From assembly GCA_019247605.1 (NCBI GenBank), contig JAFBAS010000048.1, positions 2,843 to 66,842 on the forward strand: a DNA stretch of 64,000 bases. Direction: 5' to 3'. Each line of letters begins with the position of its first letter. Positions within the stretch are counted from its first letter, which is position 1. The notes under the pieces were generated by a model. The model did not search any database, was not told where the DNA came from, and saw only the letters and a list, made by a program, of their open reading frames with translations. Positions 21,164-31,575 of this stretch are shown one piece after another. The position numbers were made by a program, and so were the translations under genes. The stretch is from Hyphomicrobiales bacterium (GTDB lineage: Bacteria; Pseudomonadota; Alphaproteobacteria; Rhizobiales; Beijerinckiaceae).

Positions 21164-21733
21164 TTACGGCTCGAGCTCGGCATCCCAATAAAGATAATCC
21201 ATCCAGCTCTCGTGGAGATAGTTCGGCGGGAAGTGCCGGCCGTTCTGATGGAGATCATGGACCGTCGGCTGGTACGGTTTTTGGCGCGGCCGCATGCCCG
21301 ATTCGCCAGGCAGCCAATCCCCTTTGAGAAGATTGCACGGCGCGCAAGCGGCGACCACATTCGACCAAACCGTCTGTCCGCCTTTGGAGCGCGGTACCAC
21401 GTGGTCGAAGGTCAAATCCTCCCGGGCGCCACAATATTGGCAGGTGAACCGGTCGCGCAGGAATACGTTGAAGCGCGTGAAGGCAGGATGGCGCGGCGGC
21501 TTCACATAGGTCTTGAGCGAAACGACCGAGGGAAGGCGCATCTCGAAGCTCGGCGAGCGCACGCGCCGATCATATTCGGAAACGATGTTCACCCGTTCCA
21601 TGAAGACCGCTTTGATCGCGTCCTGCCAGCACCAGAGCGACAGTGGGTAATAGCTCAGCGGCCGGTAATCGGCGTTGAGCACCAGTGCCGGACACGCTTC
21701 CGGCGAAACGGGAGGCGCCACATGGATCGTCAA
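21164..21733 (-). CDS. HNH endonuclease (conserved alphaproteobacterial type)
   Basis: LVLNADYRPL, RDRFTCQYCG, TFDHVVPRSKGG..W.NVVAAC..CN. Confidence 0.92.
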   Translation of the reverse strand: MTIHVAPPVSPEACPALVLNADYRPLSYYPLSLWCWQDAIKAVFMERVNIVSEYDRRVRSPSFEMRLPSVVSLKTYVKPPRHPAFTRFNVFLRDRFTCQYCGAREDLTFDHVVPRSKGGQTVWSNVVAACAPCNLLKGDWLPGESGMRPRQKPYQPTVHDLHQNGRHFPPNYLHESWMDYLYWDAELEP

Positions 21734-21883
21734 GCCACGCTCTCCGAGCGAACGGGGCAGATTCGCCCCAAGCTCCTTAATCTAGCGGCACAATGACAGC
21801 CTTGTGAAGGCGCAAGAGCGAAATAACGGTGCGATGTTGCTGGAACAAAGGCGCTTTCAGCGAGCGCCGAGGATGGTCGACGT

Positions 21884-21899
21884 GATCACGAAACCGTGA
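21884..21899. promoter_or_regulatory. Palindromic motif GATCACG-aaac-CGTGA, identical to 50801-50816
   Basis: 16-bp exact match to an intergenic site at 50801; both lie about 140-150 bp upstream of a minus-strand gene. Confidence 0.3.
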
Positions 21900-21902
21900 A
21901 GT

Positions 21903-22781
21903 TCAACGCGTCGGGACCGGTTTTTCACCGCGGTAATCGTAAAAGCCGCGCTTAACCTTCTTGCCCACCCAGCCGGCCTCGACATATTTGACGAGTAGCG
22001 GGCATGGCCGATATTTCGAGTCCGCAAGTCCTTCGTATAGCACCTGCATGATCGACAAGCAGGTGTCGAGGCCGATGAAATCCGCGAGCTGCAACGGCCC
22101 CATCGGGTGATTTGCGCCAAGCCGCATGGCGGTGTCGATGGCATCGACCGAGCCCACACCCTCATAAAGCGTGTAGATCGCCTCATTGATCATGGGCAAA
22201 AGGATGCGGTTCACGATGAAAGCGGGAAAATCTTCCGCCACCGTCACCGTCTTTCCGAGCTTGGCGCAAAACTCCCGCGCCGCCTCGAACGTCTCGTCGC
22301 TCGTCGCGATGCCCCGGATCAGCTCGACAAGCTGCATTACGGGGACCGGATTCATAAAATGAATACCAATGAACCGTTCCGGGTTGCCGGTGACTGCCGC
22401 AAGCCGGGTGATCGAGATCGACGAGGTGTTCGACCCGACAATCGCATCGGGCCTCAGATGCGGCTTGAGGCTCTCGAATATCTGTCGCTTCAACGGTTCG
22501 CTCTCCGCCGCTGCCTCGATGATGAGGTCGCAATCGGCCATGGCCTCGAGGTTCTTGGCGGGTGCGATGCGCTTCAGCGCGGTTTTGCGATCGGGTTCGG
22601 TGATCGCGCCCTTGGCGATCTGGCGGGCCATATTGCCGTTAATGGTGGCGAGCGCGCTCTCGACGCGTTCGAGCGTCACATCGTTGACGACCACATCATA
22701 CCCGGCAAGCGCCGCCACATGGGCGATGCCCGCGCCCATCTGCCCCGCGCCGATTATGCCGACCGTCCTGATATCAACCAT
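21903..22781 (-). CDS. hbd: 3-hydroxybutyryl-CoA dehydrogenase
   Basis: GAGQMGAGIA, SNTSSISIT, GIHFMNPVPVM, GANHPMGPLQLADFIGLD. Confidence 0.93.
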   Translation of the reverse strand: MVDIRTVGIIGAGQMGAGIAHVAALAGYDVVVNDVTLERVESALATINGNMARQIAKGAITEPDRKTALKRIAPAKNLEAMADCDLIIEAAAESEPLKRQIFESLKPHLRPDAIVGSNTSSISITRLAAVTGNPERFIGIHFMNPVPVMQLVELIRGIATSDETFEAAREFCAKLGKTVTVAEDFPAFIVNRILLPMINEAIYTLYEGVGSVDAIDTAMRLGANHPMGPLQLADFIGLDTCLSIMQVLYEGLADSKYRPCPLLVKYVEAGWVGKKVKRGFYDYRGEKPVPTR

Positions 22782-22895
22782 TCCGAATTACTCGCTATCC
22801 CATCATCGGCAAAAAGGGAACCTGTTTTTGCCCAGAGAACCTGCACAAGGCCTTGAGCTTACGCGCGAAGTTGCGTTTGCCAATTGCCTTTTCTC

Positions 22896-23843
22896 CTATT
22901 TGCCCAATTTACCGAGCTCGGCCGCGAACTCGGGAACGGCCGCGAAGAGGTCGGCGACGAGCCCGTAATCGGCCACCTGAAAGATCGGCGCCTCCTCATC
23001 CTTATTGATCGCGACGATCACCTTCGAATCCTTCATACCGGCGAGATGCTGGATCGCTCCCGAGATGCCGACCGCGACATAGAGATCGGGTGCAACGACC
23101 TTCCCGGTCTGACCGACCTGCCAGTCATTCGGTGCGTAGCCCGCATCGACCGCGGCGCGCGAGGCACCCATTGCAGCGCCGAGCTTGTCGGCAAGCGGAG
23201 TGATGACTTCGCGGAATTTCTCGGCAGAACCCAGCGCGCGCCCGCCCGAAACGATGATCTTGGCGGACGCGAGTTCCGGTCGATCCAGTTTTGCGACCTC
23301 CTCGCCCTTGAAGGTCGAGAGCCCGGGATCGGCTGGCGAGGTGATGGTTTCGATCGGAGCCACGGCGCTCCCATCACCCGTGGGCGCAAAGGCGGCCGTG
23401 CGAACCGTGATCACTTTTTTCGCATCGGTCGCCTGCACCGTCTGGATCGCATTGCCGGCATAGATCGGGCGCTCGAAAGTGTCGGCCGAGACCACGTTGA
23501 TGATGTCGGAGACCTGCATCACGTCGAGGAGGGCGGCGAGGCGTGGCATGACGTTCTTGCCGGTCGTGGTCGAGGCGGCGAGTATTGCGTCATAGCCGGG
23601 AGCAAGCGCGTGGAGCAGCGCCGCAAGGGGCTCTGCGAGACGGTGCTCATGGACGGGGGCCTCGGCGAGAAGCACCTTCTCCACGCCATCGAGCTTTGCC
23701 GCCTCCTCGGCGACGGCGCGGCAATTGAAGCCCGCGACCAGGATGTGGACCGGCGCACCGAGCGCCTTCGCCGGCGTGAGCGCCCTGCGCGTTGCTTCGT
23801 TGAGCGCCTTGTTGTCGTGTTTGGCGAAAAGAAGCGTCGTCAT
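22896..23843 (-). CDS. etfA: Electron transfer flavoprotein alpha subunit
   Basis: [40 protein letters not shown]. Confidence 0.96.
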   Translation of the reverse strand: MTTLLFAKHDNKALNEATRRALTPAKALGAPVHILVAGFNCRAVAEEAAKLDGVEKVLLAEAPVHEHRLAEPLAALLHALAPGYDAILAASTTTGKNVMPRLAALLDVMQVSDIINVVSADTFERPIYAGNAIQTVQATDAKKVITVRTAAFAPTGDGSAVAPIETITSPADPGLSTFKGEEVAKLDRPELASAKIIVSGGRALGSAEKFREVITPLADKLGAAMGASRAAVDAGYAPNDWQVGQTGKVVAPDLYVAVGISGAIQHLAGMKDSKVIVAINKDEEAPIFQVADYGLVADLFAAVPEFAAELGKLGK

Positions 23844-23844
23844 C

Positions 23845-24594
23845 TCATATCACCCCGGCTTCGTCCTTGAGCTTCGCCACGAGCTCGGCCACCGACTTCA
23901 CCTTCGCACCCGCTTTGCGGCCGGCCGGCTCGACCGTCTTCAGCACCTTGAGGCGAGGCGCGGGATCGACCCCGAGCGCTTCCGGCGTCGTCTCGTCGAT
24001 CGGCTTCTTCTTGGCTTTCATGATGTTCGGCAAAGACGCATAGCGCGGCTCGTTGAGGCGCAGATCCGTCGTGATGATCGCCGGCATCTTCAGCGTCAAC
24101 GTCTGCAGGCCGCCATCCACCTCACGCGTTACGTCCATCGAGCCATTCCCGATCACGAGCTTGGAGGCGAAAGTGCCCTGCGGCCAGCCGAGCAGCGCGG
24201 CGAGCATCTGCCCCGTCTGGTTGCAATCATCGTCGATCGCCTGTTTGCCCAGGATGACGAGCCCTGGCTCCTCCTTGACGATGACCGCCTTGAGAAGCTT
24301 GGCGACGGCGAGCGGCTCCGGCGGCTGGTCGGTCTTCACCAAGATGCCGCGATCGGCTCCCATGGCGAGGCCGGCCCTGATCGTTTCGGCGGATTGGGCA
24401 GGACCGATCGACACGCAGATCACCTCGGTCGCCTTCCCCGCCTCCTTGAGACGCAGCGCCTCCTCGACGGCGATCTCGTCGAAAGGGTTCATCGACATTT
24501 TCACATTGGCGAGCTCGACGCCGGTCCCATCCGGCTTGACGCGGATCTTCACGTTGAAGTCGACGACCCGCTTCACGGGGACCAAAATTTTCAT
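23845..24594 (-). CDS. etfB: Electron transfer flavoprotein beta subunit
   Basis: [51 protein letters not shown]. Confidence 0.96.
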   Translation of the reverse strand: MKILVPVKRVVDFNVKIRVKPDGTGVELANVKMSMNPFDEIAVEEALRLKEAGKATEVICVSIGPAQSAETIRAGLAMGADRGILVKTDQPPEPLAVAKLLKAVIVKEEPGLVILGKQAIDDDCNQTGQMLAALLGWPQGTFASKLVIGNGSMDVTREVDGGLQTLTLKMPAIITTDLRLNEPRYASLPNIMKAKKKPIDETTPEALGVDPAPRLKVLKTVEPAGRKAGAKVKSVAELVAKLKDEAGVI

Positions 24595-24765
24595 GAGCTT
24601 CGACTTTCCACTGCAAACCTCTAGCGCGGTCGCGACAAGCGCCGTTTGCTCCCTCGTTTTCGTTTCGCGAGCGTCCGTTTTCGCGCGCCACGATACCGGT
24701 AAATCGCGGTGATCGAGTGCTGTCAACGCCCGACAGGGTTGAAGACGCAGCGCGCGGATGATGGT

Positions 24766-25347
24766 TCAACGATTTTGCCCGGGAATCCAAAGCACGTCGT
24801 TGGCGCCGCGCCCGTTTGCAAAGCGTGCGGCAACGAAGAGGAAATCCGACAGGCGATTGATGAATTTGATTGCGTCCTCACCGACGCTCTCGCCTTTCTT
24901 TTGCGCCAGCGCCACGATGAGGCGCTCGGCCCGCCGGCATACGGTTCGTGCCAGATGTAGCGCGGCGGCCGCGGGCGAGCCGCCGGGCAACACGAAGGAG
25001 GTGAGCGGGGCCAAATGCGCATTCAAGGTGTCGATCTCGGTTTCGAGCCGATCGACCTGGGTCGCAAGGATGCGCAAGGAAACCTGGCCCGGCTTGCTTT
25101 GCGGCTTCTGCGGCGAAGCGAGATCGGCCCCGAGATCGAAAAGGTCGTTCTGGATGCGCGCCAGCATGGCATCGAGGGTCGCGTCGTTTTTCGTATGAAG
25201 GCGCGCGAGACCAACGCAGGCATTTGTCTCATCGACCGTGCCGAAGGCCTCGACACGCAAATCGCTCTTCAAGCGCGGCGCACCCGTCGCAAGGCGCGTT
25301 TTTCCCTTGTCTCCGGCGCGTGTGTAGATGCGATTGAGCACCACCAT
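24766..25347 (-). CDS. PduO-type cob(I)alamin adenosyltransferase
   Basis: RIYTRAGDKGKT, IQNDLFDLGADL, FVLPGG, RTVCRRAER, NRLSDFLF. Confidence 0.92.
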   Translation of the reverse strand: MVVLNRIYTRAGDKGKTRLATGAPRLKSDLRVEAFGTVDETNACVGLARLHTKNDATLDAMLARIQNDLFDLGADLASPQKPQSKPGQVSLRILATQVDRLETEIDTLNAHLAPLTSFVLPGGSPAAAALHLARTVCRRAERLIVALAQKKGESVGEDAIKFINRLSDFLFVAARFANGRGANDVLWIPGQNR

Positions 25348-25582
25348 CCGGTCACGGTCTCCAAGATGATCCAAGAATGACCCGGAAAAGTCGATGCCAC
25401 TTTCCACAAAGATCATCGCACCATGTTGCAAAGGGCCCGTTATGCAAACGCCCAGTTGTTGAAAATGGCAAGGCGTGACCGCTTGCGCGAACCGCACGCG
25501 CCTGTCATTCGCGTTTCATCTTTCGGCGAAGGTCAAACTCGCGCAACGTTTCAGCCGGCGCCCTGCGACGCGTGCCGCTGCC

Positions 25583-26194
25583 TTAAAAAGTGTAGCCGAT
25601 GCGCGCACCGTAATTCGTGAGGCCACGATTTTGCGAGCACAGGCCGGCGTTCGACATGTGCTCGATCGTGGCCATCAGGCTCCAATTCTCGGTAAATCTG
25701 TAGCCCACCGAGCCGGATTCGCGGAAAGATACGTTGCATCCAAGCGCGCTGTGTCCAGGCGGCACGAAGTTACCGGTCTTGCCGTTGTTGACCGAGCCTC
25801 CGAAGCTGCCTTCCACGAAGATCGCCTTGGTGATGTCGTAAGTCCAAGTGAGGCCGGCATAGGCTTGGCTCGTCTTGCCCGCGAAATTTATCGTGGCGCC
25901 GATGCTCGGGCGCGGCAAAAGAAAGTCCCAGGCGCTTCCCGGCAGGCTGAACGGCTTGGCAAAGAGAATTTCGCCGTTGAGATCGGCACTGCCTTGTTCC
26001 GGGCTCGTCGGATCATGCGCGAAAGTGCCGAGCCGCACCTCCGAAAGAAAGAAAAACTGCGATTGCGATTGGGGCGCCGGAATGGGCTGGGGCACGAAGG
26101 TGGTCGGATAGCCGAGGTCCGCCGCACCCGCTGAGTCGGCGGCAAAAAGCCAGGCAACGGCAAAAATCCCCGCAAGCCCCGTCCTCAGCCGCAT
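25583..26194 (-). CDS. Acyloxyacyl hydrolase / lipid A deacylase (PagL-like outer-membrane protein)
   Basis: Signal peptide, IEHMSNAG (HxSNA), terminal YTF. Confidence 0.8.
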   Translation of the reverse strand: MRLRTGLAGIFAVAWLFAADSAGAADLGYPTTFVPQPIPAPQSQSQFFFLSEVRLGTFAHDPTSPEQGSADLNGEILFAKPFSLPGSAWDFLLPRPSIGATINFAGKTSQAYAGLTWTYDITKAIFVEGSFGGSVNNGKTGNFVPPGHSALGCNVSFRESGSVGYRFTENWSLMATIEHMSNAGLCSQNRGLTNYGARIGYTF

Positions 26195-26387
26195 CGCCAC
26201 TCCTGCTCGTCCAGACTCAGGTCGCGCACCGTTTGCGACGCCCTTCACCGTTTGTCGCCGCGATGCGGCGTCGCGTCAACGCCTATACCGGGCGCTTCCC
26301 TCGACTGCAACTCGAAGCACTCTTGAATCAAATTCTTGGTTACGGGCGCGGCTCGAGAACGGATGCGCTCCAATTGCCGATCGCGCC

Positions 26388-26576
26388 TCAATGGCCTCGC
26401 CACCACAAGACAAGCACGATCAGCACGATCGCGACCGCCTGCAGAACCACGCGCAGGCGCATCAAATTCTGCGAGCGGTTTGCGCTCCCTCCCCGCAACA
26501 TATTGGCGAGACCCAGCAAAAGCACGACGGCTACGGCCGCGATCGCAACTGTGACGATGAAGGAATCAGGACTCAT
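26388..26576 (-). CDS. Twin-transmembrane-helix small protein (HIG1-like, 62 aa)
   Basis: TM - GGSANRSQNLMRLRVVLQAVAI - TM pattern. Confidence 0.85.
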   Translation of the reverse strand: MSPDSFIVTVAIAAVAVVLLLGLANMLRGGSANRSQNLMRLRVVLQAVAIVLIVLVLWWRGH

Positions 26577-26717
26577 GCTTCGACTCCGCCTGAATCGCGA
26601 ATCGAGAAGCTCTCGACGCGCGGGCTCAAGCCTAGCACCCCGGCCGGACGCCATGCACCCCGCCGAATTCGCCGACTGTGTTTTTGAAAAGGCACGCGGC
26701 TCACGAAAGCGATCGCG

Positions 26718-28019
26718 ATGGCACGCGAATTCCGCCGCGAAGCAATAACATTTGTGATAAAAAAGAGCGCCACTGATTCGCTGCCTCTGTTTGCAACCAA
26801 CTTCGAATGCCAGTCTTTCGCCGGAGCAGCGGGATTGCCGACCGAGCCGGATGACCTGCACAAGCCGCTCGGGCTCGCCGATGACCCTAACCGAGCCGGC
26901 TTTTCGCCTCGCCTGCGCGCGTTTGCCGCAGCCGCTTCGATCGGGGCCGGCATCGCTGCGCTCACCTTTCTTGGTGGTGCGGCAGATCACGCGGGCGAAC
27001 CCTTTGCCACGGCGAGCATCGAGCCGGCGCCGCCCCCGAGCGTGAGCGCCGGAGATACCGGAGACAAGGGCGGCGAGGGAGAACGCCCGGCCGAAACGGC
27101 GATGGCTTCTCAGGTCGAAGCCGATAGCGGCGTCGAAGTCGTGCGGCCCGACGGAACGGCCTCTCCCGGAGCGATGGTGATTCGCGTTCCAGACCCTCCT
27201 GGCACCGCCAAGCTCGCCGCCGCGCCGGATCCGCGTCTCGTGGAACGAAGTGATTTCGGCCCGCTGCCGCGCATCGGTGCGGATGGTGCACGCCCCGCAC
27301 AAGTCTACGCGCGCCCAGCGCCACCCGCCGCAAAAGGGCGTCCCCGCATCGCGCTCGTGATCGGTGGACTTGGACTCAACGATCAGACGACAAACCGTGC
27401 CATCACGAAGCTTCCAGGTGAAGTCTCGCTCGCCTTTGCGCCTTACGGCACCAATCTCAAGGCGCAGGCCGCCAAGGCGCGCGAAGCCGGCCATGAGATC
27501 CTTCTACAGATGCCCATGGAGCCATTCGATTACGCGCAGAACAACCCCGGGCCACAGACGCTCACGATCGATGCCGGCAGCGCCCGGAATATCGAGCGCC
27601 TGCACTGGGCGTTGGCGCGGGCCGCCGGTTTTGTCGGGATCGAGAATTTCCTCGGAGGACGGTTCACCGCTGACGAGGCGGCACTTTCGCCGGTGCTCAA
27701 GGATCTCGCCGAACGCGGGCTTATCTTCGTCGATGATGGCTCCTCGGCGCGTTCGATCACCGCGATCGTGGGACCTTCACTCAACCTTTCGGTCCGGCGA
27801 GCCGATGTCGTCATCGACGCCGCGCCCGATGGTGCGAAAATCGATGATGCCTTGCAGCGGCTCGAGAGCTTGGCACGCGAAAACGGGCTTGCCACAGCCT
27901 CGGGAAGCGCACTCGCGGTTACCCTCGACCATTTGTCGCACTGGGCCGAAAGCCTTTCGTCGCGCGGCATCGACCTCGTTCCCGTGACCTCGACCCTCAA
28001 ACTCAAGGGTCGCGGCTGA
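26718..28019 (+). CDS. Divergent polysaccharide deacetylase (YibQ family)
   Basis: RIALVIGGLG, SLAFAPYG, GHEILLQMPMEPFDY, FVDDGSS; start uncertain (possibly near 26835). Confidence 0.88.
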   Translation: MAREFRREAITFVIKKSATDSLPLFATNFECQSFAGAAGLPTEPDDLHKPLGLADDPNRAGFSPRLRAFAAAASIGAGIAALTFLGGAADHAGEPFATASIEPAPPPSVSAGDTGDKGGEGERPAETAMASQVEADSGVEVVRPDGTASPGAMVIRVPDPPGTAKLAAAPDPRLVERSDFGPLPRIGADGARPAQVYARPAPPAAKGRPRIALVIGGLGLNDQTTNRAITKLPGEVSLAFAPYGTNLKAQAAKAREAGHEILLQMPMEPFDYAQNNPGPQTLTIDAGSARNIERLHWALARAAGFVGIENFLGGRFTADEAALSPVLKDLAERGLIFVDDGSSARSITAIVGPSLNLSVRRADVVIDAAPDGAKIDDALQRLESLARENGLATASGSALAVTLDHLSHWAESLSSRGIDLVPVTSTLKLKGRG

Positions 28020-28109
28020 AGAAGGGGAGGTAAGCGCCTCCCAGACTTGACAAGCGGGGCTCTCGAACGCGACTCTTGCCGCATGGCTCGCGGTGTTCCC
28101 GGCGTAATC

Positions 28110-28622
28110 ATGGACCAGGCCACGCTGCCTTATCGGCGATGTGTCGGCATCGCGCTCTTCAACCGCGCGGGCAAAGTGTTCGTGGCCCGCAGGCGAGGCG
28201 AAGCGGGTCCCGAGCATGTCAGGGGGCCTTATCGCTGGCAAATGCCTCAAGGAGGGATCGACCCCGGCGAAGAGCCATTGGCGGCCGCAATTCGCGAGCT
28301 TTTCGAGGAAACCAATGTGCGCAACGCGACCCTGCTCGCGGAAGCACCCGAATGGTTCACCTACGATTTGCCCCGTGAAATGCTGCAACGCGCCTGGCGT
28401 GGCGGCTATCGCGGGCAGACGCAGCGCTGGTTTGCCTTTCGTTTCACCGGCGAGGACGAAGAGATCGATGTACGCCATCCGGGAGGCGGCGACCATCCTT
28501 CCGAATTCGACGAATGGCGCTGGGAAGATTTCGCGCTCACCCCCGAGCTCATCATCCCCTTCAAGCGCCCGGTTTACGAGCAGGTGGTCAACGCCTTCGG
28601 TCATGTCGCCGTGGCTCAGTGA
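28110..28622 (+). CDS. rppH: RNA pyrophosphohydrolase (Nudix)
   Basis: [18 protein letters not shown]...[10 protein letters not shown] Nudix box, [20 protein letters not shown]. Confidence 0.93.
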   Translation: MDQATLPYRRCVGIALFNRAGKVFVARRRGEAGPEHVRGPYRWQMPQGGIDPGEEPLAAAIRELFEETNVRNATLLAEAPEWFTYDLPREMLQRAWRGGYRGQTQRWFAFRFTGEDEEIDVRHPGGGDHPSEFDEWRWEDFALTPELIIPFKRPVYEQVVNAFGHVAVAQ

Positions 28623-28721
28623 GCCCTCGGATGTCGGCGCATCGAAGCTCCGATGCGGCGCCAAACCCGACTTCGGAGCGCCGAGCAGGCCTTTCACCTC
28701 GGGCTCGGCGAAAGGCCGAGC

Positions 28722-31157
28722 TCAGCGGATCAGGATCGCCCTGAAATCATTCACATTGGTGAGCGTGGGCCCGCTGACGACCAATCTCTCGAGCTCGGCG
28801 AAGAAGCCATAGGAGTCATGCCGGGCGAGATGCTCGCCGGCATCGATACCTTTTTGCTTGGATTGCGCGAGCACTCCCGCATCGATCCAGGCGCCTGCGT
28901 TATCCTGCGTGCCGTCGATCCCGTCAGTGTCGCATGCGATGGCGCAGACGCCTTCGAGCCCGCCGAGCCGCAGCGCGAGCGCGAGCAGGAACTCCGTGTT
29001 CCGCCCGCCGCGCGGGCCGTATGTTGCCTTTTCGCTGTTTGTATTCGAGGTGCCCGAGGCGGGCTTCACGGTCACCGTCGTCTCGCCGCCAGACAGCAGG
29101 ACGCAAGGTTTGCGTGCCGGCTCGCCGTGGCGCACGACGCTTTCCGCCAAACCCGCCATGACGGTCGCGACCGCGCGGGCCTCCCCTTCGATGGCATCTC
29201 CGAGGATGAGCGGCGTGACCCCGTGACGGCGCGCCACGGCAGCGGCGGCATCGAGCGCCATCTTGGGCGTCGCAAGCATGACGATCTCGTGACCGGGAAA
29301 ACTCTCGTTCGGCGCTGAATTCGCCAAGATGGCGCGTTCGAGCTTGGGCGAAATCTCGATACCGTAGCGCTTGAGAATGGCGAGCGCCGCGTCCGGCTGA
29401 GCCCCGCCGGGCACCGTCGGTCCCGAACCGATGATCGATGGATCGTCCCCGGGCACGTCGGAGATGAGGTAAGTCACCAAGCGGGCGCTTCTCGCTGCTG
29501 CCGCGAGCCTTCCCCCTTTGATCGCGGAAAGCGCTTTCCTTACCGTGTTCATCTCGTCGATGGGCGCACCCGATTGGAGAAGCGCGAGATTGAGCGCACG
29601 CTTCTCCTCGAGCGTGATACCGGAGGCCGGCAAGGTGAGCAGCGCCGAAGCGCCTCCCGACATAAGGCAGATGACGAGATCGTCTGGTTTCGCGGATCGA
29701 GCAAGCGCAAGAATGCGCGCGGCGGCACGCTCGCCAGCCGCGTCCGGCACGGGATGCGCCGCTTCGACCACCTCGACATGGCGGGTCGGCGCGCCATGTC
29801 CGTAGCGTGTCACCACGAGTCCCTCGCAAGGATGCGGCCAGGCGTTCTCGAATGCACGAGCCATGCTCGCCGCGGCCTTGCCGGCGCCGATCACGATGGT
29901 TCGGCCCTTGGGTGGCGCCGGAAGACGGCCTTCGAATTGCCCGTCCGGGCGCGCGGCGGCGAGGGCCGCCTTGAACAAGTCGAGGAGGATGGCATCGTCG
30001 CTCGGCTCGCGCCCGCCCAATAGCGGCCATTCACCAGCGGTTACCTGGGACACCCCAATCTCGCGCTCAGCGAGCGCGGGTGCCACGCGAGCCGCGCCCT
30101 TCCTGTCGCGAAAATCCCCGACGACGGGCACCGGAAGCGCCGGGATGGTCTCGCCCGCTTCATTCTCGAGCCGGTAGTCGAAAATTCGACGCTCGACGAA
30201 ATGGGGAGCCTCCACGCAGTCACGCAAATCCCCGAGCAGAGTGCAGCAGCAATCTTGCGCGTCAAAGATCTTGCGCCATTGCTGCGACGGGCGAGCCGCG
30301 ATGATTTCCCGCACGCGGCGCAACGTTCCCTCCGGGTCGGGACCATCCTCGCGCCATTTCGCCTCGAGCCCGATTGCTTCGCAAAATCCTGCCCAGAATT
30401 TCTGCTCGAGCGCGCCGACCGCGAGCATCTTGCCATCAGCCGTCGCGTAGAGATTATAGCGCGGGCTTTTCCCCATCAGCCTGCCCTCGCCATTGCCGAG
30501 CCAATGGCCGGCAGCAAAGCCTTCGGCAAGTGCGAGCGGCATGAAGGTGAAGAGATTCTCCGTCATGGCGATGTCGAGATGAGAACCGTTGCCGCTCGCC
30601 TCGCGCGCGCGCAGCGCCAGGAGAATGTTCATCACGGCGGGATAGCTGCCTCCACCGATGTCGGCGATGAGAGCGGGTGGCACGACTGGAGCCTGGGCTG
30701 TCCCGAAGGAGAGCGAGAGCAAACCGGCATCGGCGAGATAGTTGATGTCGTGGCCGGCGCGATCACGGTTCGGGCCGTCCTGGCCGTAGCCGGTGATCGA
30801 GCAATAGACGAGGCGAGGATTGAGAGCGCGAAGCTTCTCATGACCGAGCCCGAGCCGGTCCATGACGCCGGGACGAAACTGCTCGACCAGCACATCGGCA
30901 CATCGCGCAAGCTCGAGCACGCGCGAAACGTCGGCCGCTTTCGTGAGATCGGCAACGAGGCTCTTCTTGCCTCGGTTGAGGAGAGCGAAGAGCGCGCTTT
31001 CCCGCCCGAAGCGCGGCGCATAGCTTCGCATCTCCTCGCCCCCGGGCTTCTCGACCTTGGTCACCTCGGCGCCCGACTCGGAGAGGATCAACGTCGCAAG
31101 CGGGCCGGGAAGGAGTGTCGAGAAATCAAGCACCTTGATCCCGGCAAGCGGCTGCAT
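28722..31157 (-). CDS. Fusion: class III CoA-transferase/AMACR-like domain + MOFRL glycerate kinase
   Basis: 811 aa from ATG 31157 (GGAGG RBS). N-half: LDFSTLLPGP, LNRGKKS, EQFRPGVMDRLGLG, GHDINY. C-half: GAGKAAASM, SGGASAL, ISDVPGD, SGGETTV, GGRNTE, DTDGIDG, TLTNVND. Confidence 0.88.
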   Translation of the reverse strand: MQPLAGIKVLDFSTLLPGPLATLILSESGAEVTKVEKPGGEEMRSYAPRFGRESALFALLNRGKKSLVADLTKAADVSRVLELARCADVLVEQFRPGVMDRLGLGHEKLRALNPRLVYCSITGYGQDGPNRDRAGHDINYLADAGLLSLSFGTAQAPVVPPALIADIGGGSYPAVMNILLALRAREASGNGSHLDIAMTENLFTFMPLALAEGFAAGHWLGNGEGRLMGKSPRYNLYATADGKMLAVGALEQKFWAGFCEAIGLEAKWREDGPDPEGTLRRVREIIAARPSQQWRKIFDAQDCCCTLLGDLRDCVEAPHFVERRIFDYRLENEAGETIPALPVPVVGDFRDRKGAARVAPALAEREIGVSQVTAGEWPLLGGREPSDDAILLDLFKAALAAARPDGQFEGRLPAPPKGRTIVIGAGKAAASMARAFENAWPHPCEGLVVTRYGHGAPTRHVEVVEAAHPVPDAAGERAAARILALARSAKPDDLVICLMSGGASALLTLPASGITLEEKRALNLALLQSGAPIDEMNTVRKALSAIKGGRLAAAARSARLVTYLISDVPGDDPSIIGSGPTVPGGAQPDAALAILKRYGIEISPKLERAILANSAPNESFPGHEIVMLATPKMALDAAAAVARRHGVTPLILGDAIEGEARAVATVMAGLAESVVRHGEPARKPCVLLSGGETTVTVKPASGTSNTNSEKATYGPRGGRNTEFLLALALRLGGLEGVCAIACDTDGIDGTQDNAGAWIDAGVLAQSKQKGIDAGEHLARHDSYGFFAELERLVVSGPTLTNVNDFRAILIR

Positions 31158-31575
31158 TTTTTCCTCCCTCACGCCGCTCGATGTCCGTCTGGTTTCGGAA
31201 TTGCCCTACGGATCGCAACGGCCTTGCCAAGGAGAGGCATAATGGGATGAAAAGCGTTGGTCCATGGGCGGCGAGGCGCGGAGGTGCGCGCCCTCCTCTC
31301 CGGCATGCGAGGCTCCCGCTTCGGGTGATTTTTCCGGGCCGGGGAGCCGCTTCGGTGAGATGGAGATTGGCCCTTCCAAACGCGCGAACGGTTTGCGCGC
31401 TGCTCCCTTTGTGGTCGAGCACGTGCTCTGCGTGGATGGAGGCTCCACGGTCTTGAAAGCTGAGCTTGTAGCAAGAGTTGCTGCGCTCGCCCGTCCATCC
31501 CTTTTCCGTCGATCGAGCCTTCGGCATGTGGGTTGGCGATCGAACCTTCTCCCCTTGTCTTGCGTTCTGGCAGTC

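Noticed and set aside
21164-21733. HNH endonuclease as a defence system
   Set aside because: Looks like the widespread stand-alone alphaproteobacterial HNH among housekeeping genes; no methylase, ATPase or other defence partner
31264-31575. 209-aa version of the YPNLVDNM ORF
   Set aside because: The upstream part has no coding signature; the plausible start is ATG 31576
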